Assembly (NCBI GenBank): GCA_001244265.2
Contig: CDLV01000013.1
Span: forward strand, 1,116,001-1,180,000
Direction of reading: 5' to 3'
DNA: 64,000 nucleotides
Source of the DNA: Microbotryum violaceum
Taxonomy: Eukaryota
Made by a program: the position numbers and the translations under genes. This document shows, piece by piece, positions 12,924 through 32,709 of the stretch. Each line of letters begins with the position of its first letter. Within the stretch, counting starts at the first letter, position 1. The notes under the pieces were generated by a model. That model was given only the letters and a program-made list of their open reading frames with translations, did not search any database and had not been told where the DNA came from.

Positions 12924-15900
12924 TCATTCATCCTCATCCGACGACTCGATGAATTCACTGTGAAACCAAAGGCACAACTCGAACCATCAGTATTCATCCT
13001 CCGATTCTGCACTTTCAAGCTCTCGATAATTGAACTGACTTTGATTTGATGTTCTTTGACGCGCGCCCAATCCTCTTCCTCCTGTTGCCACCGGTGACGG
13101 CTTCTTCGCCATCCTCGTCGAGGTCCATCTCCGCTCCTGGAGTTTCACTCTTTTGGCGGTCCTTCTTGGACTTGCCCTGCGTTTTGAACGAGGGAAACGT
13201 AAGCAGAGCATGGTCAGTACTGCGGATCAGAGACAAGCGCCTTAATGGCCTCCCGGAAACTCACCTTGACCCTCTTCTTCTTAGGCTTATCCTCCTCCCC
13301 CTCACTCGAGCTCTCCGCCGTCTCCGACCCCTCCCTCTTCTCCTTCTTACCCCTCTTCTTCCCTCCTCCAACACTCTTTTTCTCCCTCTTCTTCTTCTCC
13401 TTCCCTTCCGCCTCGAACCCATCCTCATCACTATCCGCAAAAGTAGCCGATAAAGTCCACTGCGCCGCCTCTTCTTGCATCCTCTTCCTCTGTTCGGCCA
13501 ATCGACTGGCCTGTTCCTGCAATTGAGCTAACCGTTGCGCCTCCATCTCGTCCCTTCTTCTTCGTTCTTCCTCGCGCGCTTGTCGTGCTCGATCCACAGC
13601 AGCTTGTTCAGTCGCTTCGTACGTTTCTTGCGCTTCTTGGATCAGAGGCGCTCGAGTCAACAGCCCCTTTCCATAGTTGAAGCGTTGACGAGGGAAATCT
13701 TTCTGATAAGGTGCCGGATCCGTAGGGTCGTTCTGCAACTCGAGGAACAACGCCTGCGATTCATTCGCGTCCTGAATCGCCAAACGCAATTGTTCCAAAG
13801 TCCTTCGTTGGGGAGTAAGGTCAAACAGGACCTGAACGCCTTTTTGTTGCATCAAAGCGATGTTGTACTTGATCGACAAATCGCGCGGTTGGAGTGAGAG
13901 CGCCAAACGACCTTTTTCGAGGGCTTGACGGATGCCGTTGAAGGACTGGTCCTTGACTCCTTTGTGGTACCATGCTCGAGCGAGGTATTGCAAGATTGTT
14001 GCGTCCTGATCCATGTGGTAACGTTTCGAGGCCGTTTCGTACTGTGAAGTTCCACGTTCGCAATTCAGCGCTTGGCCCAACACGGGAAAGCACCCCGAAA
14101 CGGGAGCAGGACTCACACTCTCGATCGCCCGTTCGAATTCCTCGCGATGGAAATGACAATGGCCGATATTGACGTAAACACTCGCATCATTGACGCTCTC
14201 CTTGACCTTGTTCAGAATCGTCAACGCATCCCTCGTATTCTTGTTCATCGCCACCATCGCCGTATTGACCTCCCCCGCCATCGTCGAGGTCTCGATCCCA
14301 CTGCCCAAAACATTCTCCGCGATCAAGATTGCGATCCCTTGAGCCGCGATCGCACAATGTTTATGTTGTTGTAATGCGCGTTCAAAGTACTGTGCCGAAC
14401 GAACGAACAGTTGTTGACGCATCTTGCTTCCTTCTCGAGAAGGATCTCGGTTTTCCCTCGCTTCGTGGAAAGCGATGATCCCTCGTGCGGTGAGCGCATA
14501 AGCATCTTTCGCGTCCAACTCCAACGTCGCGCGAGCGAAATCCTTCAAATTCCGATACAACCCCGCGGTGTAGAGGTAGTAACTTTGCAGAGCACGTACT
14601 TCGAGGCTAACGGAACTAGTCGTGAGCATCTCCTTGAGGTATTGGTTCGCGAGCTCAAAGTTATTTTGTCGTTGGGGGCCCGTCACTCCACGTAAAGCGA
14701 TGAGCGCGAGGCGAGCTTTGGCTTCGATGTATTCGGGGTGTTGGCACAAGAGTTGGTTGTAGCATTCGTTGATCGCGAGTTCGTCGTCACCCAAAGCCTC
14801 GAGGATCACCCCTCGGTTGTAGGTGCATACGCTCAATGCCGCATCGTCCTGTTCGGAGATTTTGCCCCCACTCGAAGCGATCCTTTCGCCAATCTTGACT
14901 AAAGCCGCTTCGACGCTCTCCTGCGCCGCGATCGGATCCTGTCGATGGTATTCAAGCACGCCGATATTGTTCGCCAACCTGGTCGCCAAAAGTGCCCTTT
15001 CCTCCCTCTTTGTTTCGGCTAGTTCGGCATCTTCCTCATTCTCATTCTTCTCGTCCAAGATCCTTTGGGCTTCGCGATACGCCCTCAAACACCTTTCCCC
15101 ACCTTGCATCTCATCGTCCCACACTTTGGCGATCTCGACGAACATTTGCTCATCCCTGGCCAGTTCTCTTACGCGTTCACTCTTGGCGATGTACTTGTTG
15201 ACAACATGATCGTGCACGCCTTCGAGGGCCTCCTTACCGGATGCGAACAACCTCAAAACTTGATCGTAAGCGTCCTTGGCCTTTTTTCGTTCGGCCTGGG
15301 AATCGACGACCGACGAATCGGAAAAGGCCAAATGCGCGTGAATCGAAGCGAGCGCACAAAGCGCTTCTGGGCATCTAGGATTCCTCCTCAAAACGTTCTC
15401 GTACAAATTGACCGCCGCGGGCCAACTGTTGGATTCGATCAAGAATTGCGCTTCGGATAAGAGCGCCAACAATTGGTCGGGGAACATTTCGGACGATTGT
15501 TGGTAAACAGACAGAGCGGCGCTTCGATCACCCGTGGACTGGAGCGATCGAGCGAGGTGGAGGTAACCTTCCGAAGCGAGGATGCGCGCATCGGCAAATT
15601 GGATCATGCGTTCGGCGAGTTTGATTGATCCCGGTCGACCGGAGAGGAGGAAGAAGTTGGCCAAGGCGCCTAGCGCGGCGGCGCTGGTGTTGTCCTTTTT
15701 GAAAGCGGCTTGGATCAACTCGATGCCGCGGGAGTATTCTTCGGTGCGCGCTTCTTCACCTCCGGCCAAGGTAGGGTCTTTGGAGGTGTTGAGGTGGGCA
15801 AGACCGAGGAGAAGGGTTGCCGAGTTGCTCGACGAGTCGGGGTGCTAAGAGGAAGAACGGGTTATGAGGTTTTTGGGGGACGACCAAGAGGGCACGTTGG

Positions 15901-16998
15901 AACTCACAACGACGATGGATCGGTTCCATGCGGCCTTTGCCTTTTTGCGATCGCCCATGAGCCAGCAGCACAATCCGATGCCGATGCGAGGGTCGGGGAG
16001 AAAGTTGGGTGCGAGGGTGAGAACCTGTTGGTACGCTTTGAGCGCGAGTCGGAACGATCGTCGGGCAAAGAGGATGCGAGCCTGCGGGAGGGTGGGCAGG
16101 AGATGAGTTCAATCATGCGTCTAAGGGCTGGTAGGATGGGTCTTGCGCACCCTTGCCATGAGCGCGTAGAGGTGGGTTGGTTCGGTCGCGAGGATCGACT
16201 CGAAGAGCCTCGATGCCTCGTCCAATCGTCCACGTGCGAGCATGAGAACGGCTGTCGGATATCTCGAGCAGATGAGCATGATGCGCGAGTCACGGAATAC
16301 GGCTGGAGCTGGTCTGGAATGATAACCGACCTTTGAGATCGGTGATGGTCTTGTCGTTGACGTGGGTCCCCTCGGCCCTACCGATACAAACCTCGGCGGC
16401 TTGCCAGAACGCATCTTTGGTGTTGGGGGGTGCGTGGGGGTCGCGCAGCTTGGATTCGGGGTGGTTGGGATCGGTGGAGTGGGTCAAGGGGGGACCTCCT
16501 CCTGCGTGATGATCGGAGTGGGTGAGTGACTCGGGGGGGGGGGGGGGCGGAGGAGATGATCTGGAGGTGCGTGGATGGACTGGACTGACTTGGCTGGGAG
16601 AGGACGGTCTTGGGTGCCTTGCGCGCCAATGCGACAAGATAGTTGGCTTTGAGACACAAGAGTGTACACTTGCCCTTTGTATCCAAATGGGCTATGCCCT
16701 GCTCCAAGATCTCCAACGCGAGAGTATACCTCTTGATCCGCCACGCCTCTTGGACCAAGCGCACCCAAAAGACGACGGGCGCGCGTTCATCCTTGAAGAG
16801 GTCGACGACGATCTGCGTCTCCGAGTCGTCGGGGGAATAGAAGAGGTCGTCGAGGTTGATGGTGATGTCGTCGTTGTCGAGGCGGGAGGGGACGAGCAAG
16901 GTGCGGTTCGAGAGTGGTTCGGCGTCGAGGTGGTGGGAGGAGCTGCCGCCATTCTGGTGGTGGTGGGGCAGCTGGCCACTCGTCGAGGTCGAAGCCAT
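12924..16998 (-). CDS. CTR9: Paf1 complex subunit Ctr9 (TPR protein)
   Basis: Multi-exon; TPR repeats, PDPRIGIGLCCW, IAAQGIAILIAE, VYVNIGHCHF, YLARAWY; charged tail ending KNIKSNEFIESSDEDE* at 12924. Confidence 0.9.
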
Positions 16999-17267
16999 CG
17001 TTTGTGAGGGGGGATGCTCTCCCAGAGAGGGGAGGGGGGGCTGGGGGCAAAGTCAGGAGGTGCAGAGACGAAGAAACGAGCGGACAGTTCCAAGTGAAAG
17101 GTGCTCCCCGCGCTGAATGGCTCTCCCCTGCGCAGCTCGGCGCTCCTTTCCGCAGCTGAACGCGCTGTGACTCGCTGTGAGCCAAGCGCGGCTCTCCTTT
17201 CGCCGCTCTCACCTCTTGTGCTCCGTACGACCGACCACCTCGCACCTCCTTCGTACATTCGCACATC
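16999..17267. promoter_or_regulatory. Putative bidirectional promoter between CTR9 and CCT7
   Basis: Only 269 bp separate the two divergent start codons. Confidence 0.5.
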
Positions 17268-19599
17268 ATGGCTGGTCGAATGCCCCAACCTGTACGTTCA
17301 CTCTCAGTATATCAGGGTCTGTACACTGCAACTGACTCGCAGTCGAACTGAATCCTTTCCTCGCCGCGTCGTCGTCGCACGACCCACGACCCACGACCCA
17401 CGACCCATCTCGCACTGGTCATCCATCGCCTGCGCTCACTACTGCCTCACGGTTCATTCATCATTCCCCCAAACACCCTCTTCCGCCTCCACAGCAAGTC
17501 ATCGTCCTCCGGGAAGGAACCGATACGTCCCAAGGTCAGTCTAGCTTTCCCGCGATGACCAGATGTCACGACGCGTGCGCAGACACTCCAGTCAGCCACA
17601 CTTTTCCCTTTCTCATAACCCGCTACCAACACTCTTATAACATACCCAATAGGAACCCCTCAACTCTTGTCCAACATCGGCGCTTGCCTCGCGATCGCGC
17701 AAACGATCTCCTCGACCCTCGGTCCCCGTGGCATGGACAAGCTCATCGTCGGCAACAACGGCCAGGCCACCATCTCCAACGACGGAGCGACCATACTCAA
17801 ACTCCTCGAGGTCATTCACCCCGCCGCCAAGACCCTGGTCGATATCGCTCGAGCGCAGGATGCGGAAGTCGGCGATGGCACGACCAGCGTCGTCTTGCTG
17901 GCCGCTGAGCTGTTGAGGGAGAGCAAGGCCTTTGTCGAGGACGGCGTGAGCCCTCATGTCATTATCAAGGGGTACAGGAAGGCCGCTCAACTGGTCAGTA
18001 CCTCGTCGACGTGTTCCGTTCAAGCGTGTGAGCATGACACTGACAAGCTCCAACCACAGGCCATCGCACGAATCAAGGAGATCGCCGTCACCATCGACCG
18101 ATCCAACGATGCGTGAGTGCAACCAACACCCGCAAACCCATTCCTCGGACCGTAGCTAACCTCTTGACTTGCCGCACCACAGCGAATTCCGCGACTTGTT
18201 GCTCAAGTGCGCCTCGACGGCCATGTCGTCCAAACTGATCCATTCCCAAAAACCCTTCTTCTCCCAAATGGTCGTCGACGCCGTGCTCACCCTCGACCAA
18301 ATCGATCTCGACGAGGCCTTGATCGGCATCAAAAAGATCCCCGGTGGTGGAATGGAAGATTCACTCTTGGTCAAGGGCGTAGCCTTCAAGAGGACGTTCT
18401 CCTATGCCGGGTTCGAACAACAGCCCAAGAGCTTCAAGAACCCCAAGATCGTATGCCTGAACGTCGAGCTCGAACTCAAGGCTGAGAGGGACAATGCCGA
18501 AGTCAGGATCGAACAGGTTTCCGTGAGTGGTGGCCGAACTCCAATCGAGTCAAGGGCGCGCTAAAACTGTCGCCGGCGATTTCTCTCAGGAATACCAAGC
18601 CATCGTCGATGCCGAATGGTCCATCATCTACGCCAAACTCGACGCCCTGCACAAAACCGGTGCCCAAGTGATCCTCTCCCGTTTACCGATCGGCGATCTT
18701 GCAACGCAATTTTTTGCCGACCGCGACATCTTTTGCGCCGGACGTGTCGCCGTGGATGACTTGAAGCGCGTCGTTTCTGCCGTAGGAGGCTCAATCCAAT
18801 CGACGTGTTCGGATATCCGTCCAGAGCATCTAGGGACGTGCGAGAGGTTCGAAGAGAAGCAGATTGGTGGGGAGAGGTTCAACCTCTTCGAAGGCTGCGT
18901 TAAAGCCCAGACGTGCACGTTGTTGTTGAGGGGTGGAGCAGAACAGTTCATCTCCGAGGTCGAGAGAAGTTTGCATGATGCCATCATGATCGTCAAGAGG
19001 GCAATCAAGAATAACCATGTCGTGGCTGGGGGTGGAGCTACAGAGGTCAGTTGCAGGCCGTGTTTTTCGACAGTCATACCCGTCCTCTGACCAACTGCCG
19101 AACATTACCACGGCGACAGATGGAAATCTCGAAATACCTGCGCGACACGGCGCGCACGATCCAAGGTAAACAACAACTCATCATCGCCGCCTTCGCAAAG
19201 GCCCTCGAAGTGATCCCTCGTCAGATCTGTGATAACGCCGGCATCGATGCAACGGACGTGTTGAACAAACTTCGTATGCTTCATGCGAGAGATGAGATGT
19301 GGGCCGGCGTCGACGTTGATAATGATGGGGTCGGGAATAATATGGAGAGGTTCGTTTGGGAACCGGCTTTGGTCAAGACGAACGCTTTGGAAGGCGCGAG
19401 TGAGGCGGCGTGTTTGGTGTTGAGTGTTGATGAGACGGTTACGAACCCGAGTTCGGTGAGTCCTTCTTGGGTAGGTTGCGGGATCCAACGTCCGCGCTGA
19501 TGCCTATTTTCTTCTTGTCAGTCACAGCAACAGCAAGGTCGAGGCGGTCCCCCGGGTCGAGGTGGGATGGGTGGTAGGGGTCGAGGACGAGGGCGGTAG
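17268..19599 (+). CDS. CCT7: T-complex protein 1 subunit eta (CCT chaperonin)
   Basis: [78 protein letters not shown]-rich C-terminus. Confidence 0.95.
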
Positions 19600-19798
19600 A
19601 TAAACCTTCTCTTGTCCCCCCCCCCTATCACAAAAATAAAAGCAGTGCTACTTTCCCTCATTTTTGTTCGCTCTTGCACGTGCTAGAATTGCAATCTACC
19701 CTTTTCTTCTATCCTTTCGCCCTCGCTCGTGAGATCTAGTCCCAGAGCAAAAGTTCGCTCGAGAGCCAAAAGTGCTTTTCTGCCTCATGTCAAGACAT

Positions 19799-21290
19799 CT
19801 ACTTTGTCCTAATCGTCACCTCGCACCAATTCTTATACACCTCCCCACGTCTCAACACCGTATCACCCCCGACGATCTCCTTCAGTTCCCGATGCAAGAA
19901 CGTCGCGATCGGTTGATGAAATTCCAAAAACGTCGCCCCTAGTGTGTGGAAGCGAAAACGAACACTCAGCAGGTTCGATGCCTCATCTTGGAGCTCGAGG
20001 GAAAAGCAAGACCACTCACCGAATCGATTATAACCCCTCCCCTCCCCCTTCCGATCATGCAATTCTTTCTTGACCGGTGAAACACCATTGAACCCCGCGG
20101 CGGTATAACATTGCACCGAACTTTGATTTGTGCGGAATTCGAGGCCTAGGCGACCATCGGGGCAGGTGAGGGTGACTTGGGGGGTTGCCGGAAAGGGTAA
20201 GGTGAATAGAAGGTTATGGTCTGAGTTTTCAAGACGGTAAAGGGGTGGTCAGGTCTAGGAGAGGAGGCCGATTGAAAGGTGGTGGTGAAGAGGACTGACC
20301 TATGCCATTCCCGGGAAAGTTGGCTCCGATCTTGCGAGAGGTCGAAAAGTTGAGAGGGTCTTCTTTACTCAGTTGAAATATTTTTCCGGTCGGGAGCATA
20401 TTGGGGTACAATTCGGGCGTTCGGTCACCCTTTCAGGAAGAACCGAAAGGAAGCGAGAAAAAATCAGTCTGCAGAATTTTCTCCGACCTGAACTAACTCG
20501 CCAAACGCCAGAGAGGAAAGACTTACAGCGATCCACAAGTCGTATTCCTTCACATCCTTTTCTTCCCTCCCATCGAATCCACCGAATCCCCAATGGATCG
20601 TCAGATTGAGGGGCGTAGCATCCACTTTCATCCCCTCTTCCCCCTCCACAATGTTCGCCCTCAACACCACCTCCAACCGACCCGCAACACCTTCTTCCCC
20701 CTCGTTCGGTTCGGACAAAGCTATGAACGCCTCGATCAAGAGATCGCCGGGGAAGCCATCTGTTCCGTGCGGAGAGAGGTGACGGTATATCGTGGAGCTT
20801 GAGGAGAGTTCCTTTTCGGTGAAGAGTTTCGAATTCGAGGGAGAGGCGACTAGGTCCCAATCGACTGTATCGATTCCGGTGCGGCCGCCGTGGAGGCAGA
20901 CGTCTGTTTCGAGTTAGTTGAGAAGGTTCAATTATGAGTACAAGCGTCACCCTATTCTCTCTCGAACTCGACCGCTCCCTTCCGTCGACCACGCAACTCA
21001 CCCTTGCCCTCGGTCCTCTCCAAATCTAATACCAACCCCTCATACCCGCCCACCTCCACCCGTCCACTGGGTAACCTGTTCGCGTACCTCCCCACAGTCT
21101 GATTCAAGAAACCTCGACGTCGCACATGATCGTTCAAGTCACGAGGGCCGATGAGCACCTCACGTTCCTCGGAAGCGGTCGAGGAAGATTCGCGAAGTTT
21201 GACGAGAAGGGAAGAGAAGGTCAGGCCGTAGGGGAGAAGGGAGAGGGTGAGGTGGGTTGTGGAAAGGGTGTGAGGCTCGAGGGAAGGCAT
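19799..21290 (-). CDS. Aldose 1-epimerase (galactose mutarotase family)
   Basis: VGRYANRL, then VCLHGG after splicing, TPLNLTIHWGF, QCYT and FLEFH correspond to GalM motifs. Confidence 0.8.
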
Positions 21291-21645
21291 CTTATACCTA
21301 ATTGGGCGGGCGGGTCGGAGGGAGTCAGGGGAGCGAAGCAGAAGTTAGAGCGGAAGCATCTCATCGCGTTTCATCGATCGATGTGGGGGACGGCGGCATG
21401 CACAGCCGGGCCGGTCCGGTCAATTCCTGCCGCTCATTTAGTGAGCAATCTAAGCAATGCATTCAGGAACTCTTTGCCTTCTCATCACATAGTACGTATC
21501 CACCAAAAGCATGTATAATTAGTCTAAATCGAATTGCAACAGGAACTATCCCAAATCCCCGGCGGATCTACGAACGATTCAAGCGCTGACGGCCACCTCC
21601 CCGGGAGACTATTTTTCTTCCACCTCCACCCCACACGAAGACACC

Positions 21646-27043
<5,398 letters not shown>

Positions 27044-27345
27044 CTTTGCGGCTTGCACCCGAAGTACCGAGGTGAGACGATCGGGCACGTAGACGAACGG
27101 TCGGAGAGAGAGAGAGAGAGAGAGAGCGGCAACGGCCGGACAACGACCCCGACCCGACGCCGCCTTGAAAATGATCGAGTCAAAAAAGGCTGGGAAAAAA
27201 GGGCCACGCCGAGCGGTCCGTGCGACCGCTGCAACCCAGAATGGGCTCACGTTGAATCCGCGAGCCCTGGCCCGGCAGGATTCGGAGAAGATGGAACTTT
27301 ATATATGCATATTATCTATAAATTTGATTTCATCAAGAACTTCAT

Positions 27346-28708
27346 CTAGGGGATCGTCGTCACTTCCCAATCCTGCATCGGATCAGAACATCAAGGCCCA
27401 CAGGTCAGACTCGAAAAACTCTCGTCGACTTGAAGATGGTCATCTCCTCTGCTGACCAACTCACAGTGATCAAAAACTCGTCCAACGACGTCAAGTGGTC
27501 AACGTCCTACACACCCATGATCAATGGTGTCAGTATGACGCCGAATCGCCGAGACAGGACCGAGTCCCTTAGCTCACCTCTTTGGACATTTGGAAATCAA
27601 ACACGTTGGCATTATCCGCGATCCGGTTCTTCTTGGTCGATTTGGGAATCACGACGAAGCCCTATTCATACACAGTAGAACCAAAAAAAAAAAAAACCCC
27701 GCTCGCAATCAGCGCCTCTCCCTTCCCGCTTTCTCAAACCCTGGAAATCCGAACCTACCCTCTCCAACCCCCAGCGAATCAAAACCTGCGCCGGCGACTT
27801 GTTGTATTTCTGCGCCATCTTCACAATCTCGGGATGATCGAACCTTTGACCCCTGACCAACGGACCCCAAGCCTCGAGGACGATGCCGTTCTTTTCGCAA
27901 TAAGCGACGAGGTCATCCCGGGTCATGAAGGGGTGAAGATCGACTTGGTTCACGGAGGGGATTGCGCGGGGTTGAGAGGCGAGTAAATCGGTGAGGTGTT
28001 GAATCCCAAAGTTGCTACGAGTGAACGAGTGCAAAGAAGAGGATGAGAGCTTCGTCGGTAGAGCACCCCATCAGCTTACGAAGAACCGACTCACGAAACC
28101 CCAATACTCTTGACCAAACCGATTTCCTTGGCCCTCACACACCCTTCCCAACTCTGGGCCCTCACCTCCGGACCCCCTTGAGGTCCATGAATCAAATACA
28201 AATCCAAATAATCCTGCTTCGACTTTTCGAGCGAGACTTTGATGGCATCGATGACGCGTTGGGGATCGGATTGGTTGTGCATCAATTTGGAGGTGAAGAA
28301 TATGTCGGAGCGCTGCACGGAGGGGTTCGCGCTGAGGAAGGCGTTGATGGCTTTGCCGCAATCTTGTTCGTTTTCGTCTGGTCGTTGAAAGTGACAGTGG
28401 TGTGATGGGTTAATACGGTGAAAGGTAGGCAGCTCGTGCAAGCCCGAGCCCTCGAAGCCCAACTCACACCATTCGGCCCCATCGATATGCTACATATCCA
28501 AACACAAAACACCGCATAACGTCAGCCACGCTACCCCAGTTCAACTCCCATCCTCAAAACTGACCCTATACCCCGCTTCCAGCGCCCACAGCACCGCATT
28601 ATAACACTCCTCCCCCGGTTCGGATTCGTAGACTCCCAACCCGAGTCGGGGCATCGAGTTGCCGTCATTGAGTTTTACGGTCGAGGTGAGGTGGTAGGTT
28701 TCGGACAT
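27346..28708 (-). CDS. Aldo/keto reductase
   Basis: [71 protein letters not shown]. Confidence 0.92.
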
Positions 28709-28996
28709 GTTGGGTTGATTTTATGGTGGAGAGAGGGGTGGTACGAGAGAGGGAGAGGGAGAGGGAAAAGAAAGAAGCGAAACCGGAAGTGGAAGCGATG
28801 CGCGCGGCGCACGTCATCAGAAAAGTGGGGGGGGGGGGGGCGCTGAAACCTGACCAAAGTGAGCGACACGAAAGGCAATTTTCGACCTCGGCAAACAGTT
28901 TTCGCATGCGAAACTCCGTCAGCTGCATCCGCTCTAATTTTTTTTCCAGCTCATATCGTACTCCAAGACAAGTACAGGCGAGCCTCTTCTTCGTCC

Positions 28997-30344
28997 TCAC
29001 AGCGCCTCCAAATAAGCCCTTGGCACGATCCCCTTTCTCCCATCCTCGGCCTGGCATTTCCACCATTCGTCCGAGACTGTCGCGAACGCAAGCCGATGAA
29101 TTTGAGTACATGCAAACATCTTTGAACCTGAAAAGGACTCACCATGTTCCACGACGGTAACCACTTCCCCCTCGCTGATTTGCAAATCTTCCTCCTCAGC
29201 GCCTTCATAATCATACAGCGCCCTCGCCCTCCCCAAACCCGAAGCGGCGTTCAACGGGACCGTCCGATCAGGTGGAGAAACAGCGGCTTGAGTTCTGTAA
29301 GTCGGGGTGGGTAGGTGGTTGGACTTTATGGGGGCGTGCGTGGCGAGGGATTCGGTGTAGGCCGCCTTGGAGGGGTCGTGTTTCGGCATCGGGGCTTGCA
29401 GGGAGGTGATGGCCTTGCCGAACTAGAGAGGAAACGGATGAAGAGTGCACGTGTCAGTAAACGGAAAAATTGGTCTGGACGTGGTCGATTTCGTGGTTCG
29501 GCAAGTTGACTCGGTCCTTTGCCCACCCGCTCTCGTCGAACCGACTCACCGATTTCGCACTGGTCGTAATCAATCCACTCGGTGGTTTAGGTCCTCTCTG
29601 TCAACACACAGCCCACTCATCAGCTCGTACTCGTTTCGAAGCACACTTCCCTCCCCAACTGACCGCAGGCGGCATCCTCGGCTGCTGTGGCTGTGGCCGT
29701 GGCTGTGGCTGTGGCTGTGGCTGTTCTTGCTCCTGTCCTCCACCACCACCGCCAGTCTGAGCCTGCTGAGCATTCCACCCTCTCTGCGCGGCATTCGCCA
29801 GATGAGGAGCCAGAACAGTGTGATGTTTAGCCCGAATTGAGCAGCCAACCCGGCTGCTTTGGGCGAGAGACCTGCGTGACGGAGCGCGGCGGAGGACAGC
29901 GCCGGCTGTTGCAGGGCCTGATCGGCTAGGGTCGTTTGGAAGGAGGTGGGGGTGCTGCTGGGTGGAGCCGGTTGGGGGATAGATGTTGAAGGAATGTAGG
30001 CGGCTGTGGGTCGTGTAGAGGTGGGTGCGGCAGGAGGGGGAGCAATCGGCCTGGGAGGCGAGGAGCAGCCGCTGGTGATGGCGATGGTGTAGTAGGGGCA
30101 TGACGGGTAGTCAATGGTGTTCGATCCGGAGCAAAGTACTCGTCCAAAAGAGAGAAGAGCGCGGCTTTCTCCGTCGCCGAGTTTTGGACGGTCGACCACA
30201 TCCTTGGCTCGATCGGTGACGAAAAAGGAGTGGGCGGTGTCGGCGAAAGAAAGAGCGAGCAGTGGGCAGCCGAGCAGCGAGCAGCGAGTGAGCAGCTTGA
30301 GCACGTGAGCTGGAGCCCCACTTGCCTTTCGTTTGCGCGGCCAT
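28997..30344 (-). CDS. Pro/Gln-rich protein with C-terminal SH3 domain
   Basis: ARALYDYEGAEEEDLQISEGEVVTVVEH...DEWWKC...GIVPRAYL; N-terminal EKAALFSLLDEYF helix; start (30344 or 30201) is uncertain. Confidence 0.7.
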
Positions 30345-30520
30345 GATAACGAACTGAAATCATCGGTTAACTCTGAGACTAATCGTGCATTCGGAAGGCT
30401 AACCGCGGCGCGCTGCCGAAAGTGTGGTCATCACTCGCTCTATTAGGCCGCCTTTCCTTGGCGCCAGCTCCGCTTCGAAGACGAAGATCTTCCTCTCCTC
30501 TCCCGTCTCGGGGCCCGACC

Positions 30521-32442
30521 ATGCCTTCCCGCAAATCGAAATTCGAGATATCGGCCTCCCCCACACCGTACGACTCGGACCTGGAAGCCAACTATCAAAA
30601 CTCGCTTGGCACCTCATCCCCTTCCACTTCCACATCGAGGGGTCGTCCCAGTCGGTCGTCCAGCTCAGCCGGGGGCAGTGAATCCATACCTTCCAAAGAG
30701 GGCTTGCATACAGGGACAAGCGTGAGGACTTTGTCTCGAGGGAGAGGTGTGACCGCTGCAACGATTCATGAACATGTCGTCTATGATGCGACGAACCATC
30801 ACGACGAATCAGGTGGGCAGAGGGAGAACGAGTCGAGTGTCATTCTAGCACCGACCGCGAATCGGAATCTTTCGAAACCGAGTCATCGGATCAATTATGG
30901 CACTTTGATGGATGGTGTTCCAACACCGCCACCGCCACCGCCACAGAGTGGGAATGGCAGTCAATATCCCTCGAGCGGGATCAAGATCAAGCGGCAGGAG
31001 AGCATACTGAGGGTCAGTTCGAGCGACGGGCATCAAACTTGGCGTCTTGGGGACTGATCAAATCTCGGCGACATCGTTCAGTTGACGGGCATGATCGATG
31101 ATCGAGCGGGCGAATACGACAAGTTTAGGTGAGTGCCCCTCGACCCCACACTCGGAGCACTCATCCCCCACAAAAGCCCTCACCTCCACCCCCGTCTCAC
31201 TACCCAGGGTCCCCCAAGAGCAACTCAGAAAGATGTCTCGCAAACTGCGTCACTTTTACAGCGCCCAAAACAACCTCCTGGATGGCTTTGCTGAAGTCGA
31301 CGAGATCCTCGACAATGTCGAAGCCGAGGCCGCAACAGGTCAACTCGCCCCTATCGTCCCGAAAAGACCGTCGCAGGAAAGGGAAGACGAGTTTGCGAAC
31401 AAGGTCAAGTTGATAATCAATGTCAACGTTGCGATAGTCCGTTTGCTATCCTCCGTCAATTTGATCGGTCGGCGAAGGATCCTAATTCTTACACTGGACC
31501 ATCGCGAACGCACAGAACATTGTCCTCCTAGCCGGCAAGGTTGCCGTCGTTCTTCTATCCAACTCCATGTCCCTCGTCGCATCAACAGTCGATTCAGCGA
31601 TGGACCTGCTCTCGACTATGATCATCTTTGGCACAAGTCGAGTGATTGAACATCGCACGTGGAAGTCGCAATATGAATGGCCCACGGGCAAGAGGAGGTT
31701 GGAGCCTGTGGGAGTGGTTGCGTTTTCGGTCTTTATGATTGCTGCGTTTATTCAGGTGGGTGCTCCTAACTCTTGGAAAAGGCCCTCCTTCTGGGACTGA
31801 ACCCCCCACTGGTCCCTGTCTTCTTCTCCCCAGGTCTTCATCGAATCGATCCAACGTGTATTTGAAAAATCCTCCACCGCCCCCGTCACCATCCCCTTAA
31901 TTGGTGGCATCGTCATGGCTCTGACCATCGCCGTGAAACTCGTCGTCTGGGTCTGGTGTCGAGCCGTGAAGAACACCTCTGTCGAAGCTCTGGCCCAAGA
32001 TGCAGAAAACGACATCGTCTTCAACTTCTTCTCCCTCGTGTTCCCCTTTATGGGTCAATGGTTGGGATGGAACAAATTAGATCCTATTGGGGGTATGGTC
32101 TTGTCCTTGTACATCATCGTAGAATGGACCGGAACACTTTTGGACAACACGGCCAAGTTGTCAGGTCGTCGAGGCAGTCCCGACGATCATAAACGAGTCG
32201 CGTACCTCCTGTCCCGCTTCTCTCCCCTCATCACCGGCATCCAACATTTATCCCTTTATCATGCGGGCGAACATCTCGTCGTCGAGGCGGATGTGATCTT
32301 ACCTCATACGACCGCCTTGACGGTCGCTCATAACTTGGGCGAAAGTGCACAGTTCGCAATCGAACAACTGGAAGGGGTCGATCGAGCGTTCGTGCACGTC
32401 GATGTGACGATGAATAATTTGAGTGGGCACTTGGAGAGGTAA
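30521..32442 (+). CDS. Cation diffusion facilitator, Mn-CDF (MTP8-11-like) type
   Basis: SLVASTVDSAMDLLS (DxxxD), PTGKRRLEPVG, ALAQDAENDIVFN (DxxxD), AHNLGE, VDRAFVHVD. Confidence 0.9.
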
Positions 32443-32709
32443 GGGATGAGTCGGATGCTGGATGGGCGGCTCGGCCGCCCTAGGTCACGGTTTGTTCGTA
32501 GCATGGGTTGTTCTTGTTCGTAATGTATGTTGGCCACCTCGTCGCATGTTTCTCACTACCGGACCACGACTGTCAAAGCTGAGGCCATTGAGGGTATGGC
32601 ATTACAACTCTAGCACAAATTTCAGATACGTATTACTTCTTCTGGTACCACAACACAAGCCGAATTCACATCGTCCCAGAACAAAGAACCGTGCGCTCAA
32701 CTGCTCCTC

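Noticed and set aside
12987-13040. ESAESEDEY* segment in the last CTR9 intron resembling an alternative acidic C-terminus
   Set aside because: Out of frame with the upstream exon and overlapping the branch point; the spliced EFIESSDEDE* end is adequate
17292-17494. CCT7 first intron as a snoRNA host; contains a (CACGACC)n repeat
   Set aside because: No convincing C/D or H/ACA boxes seen
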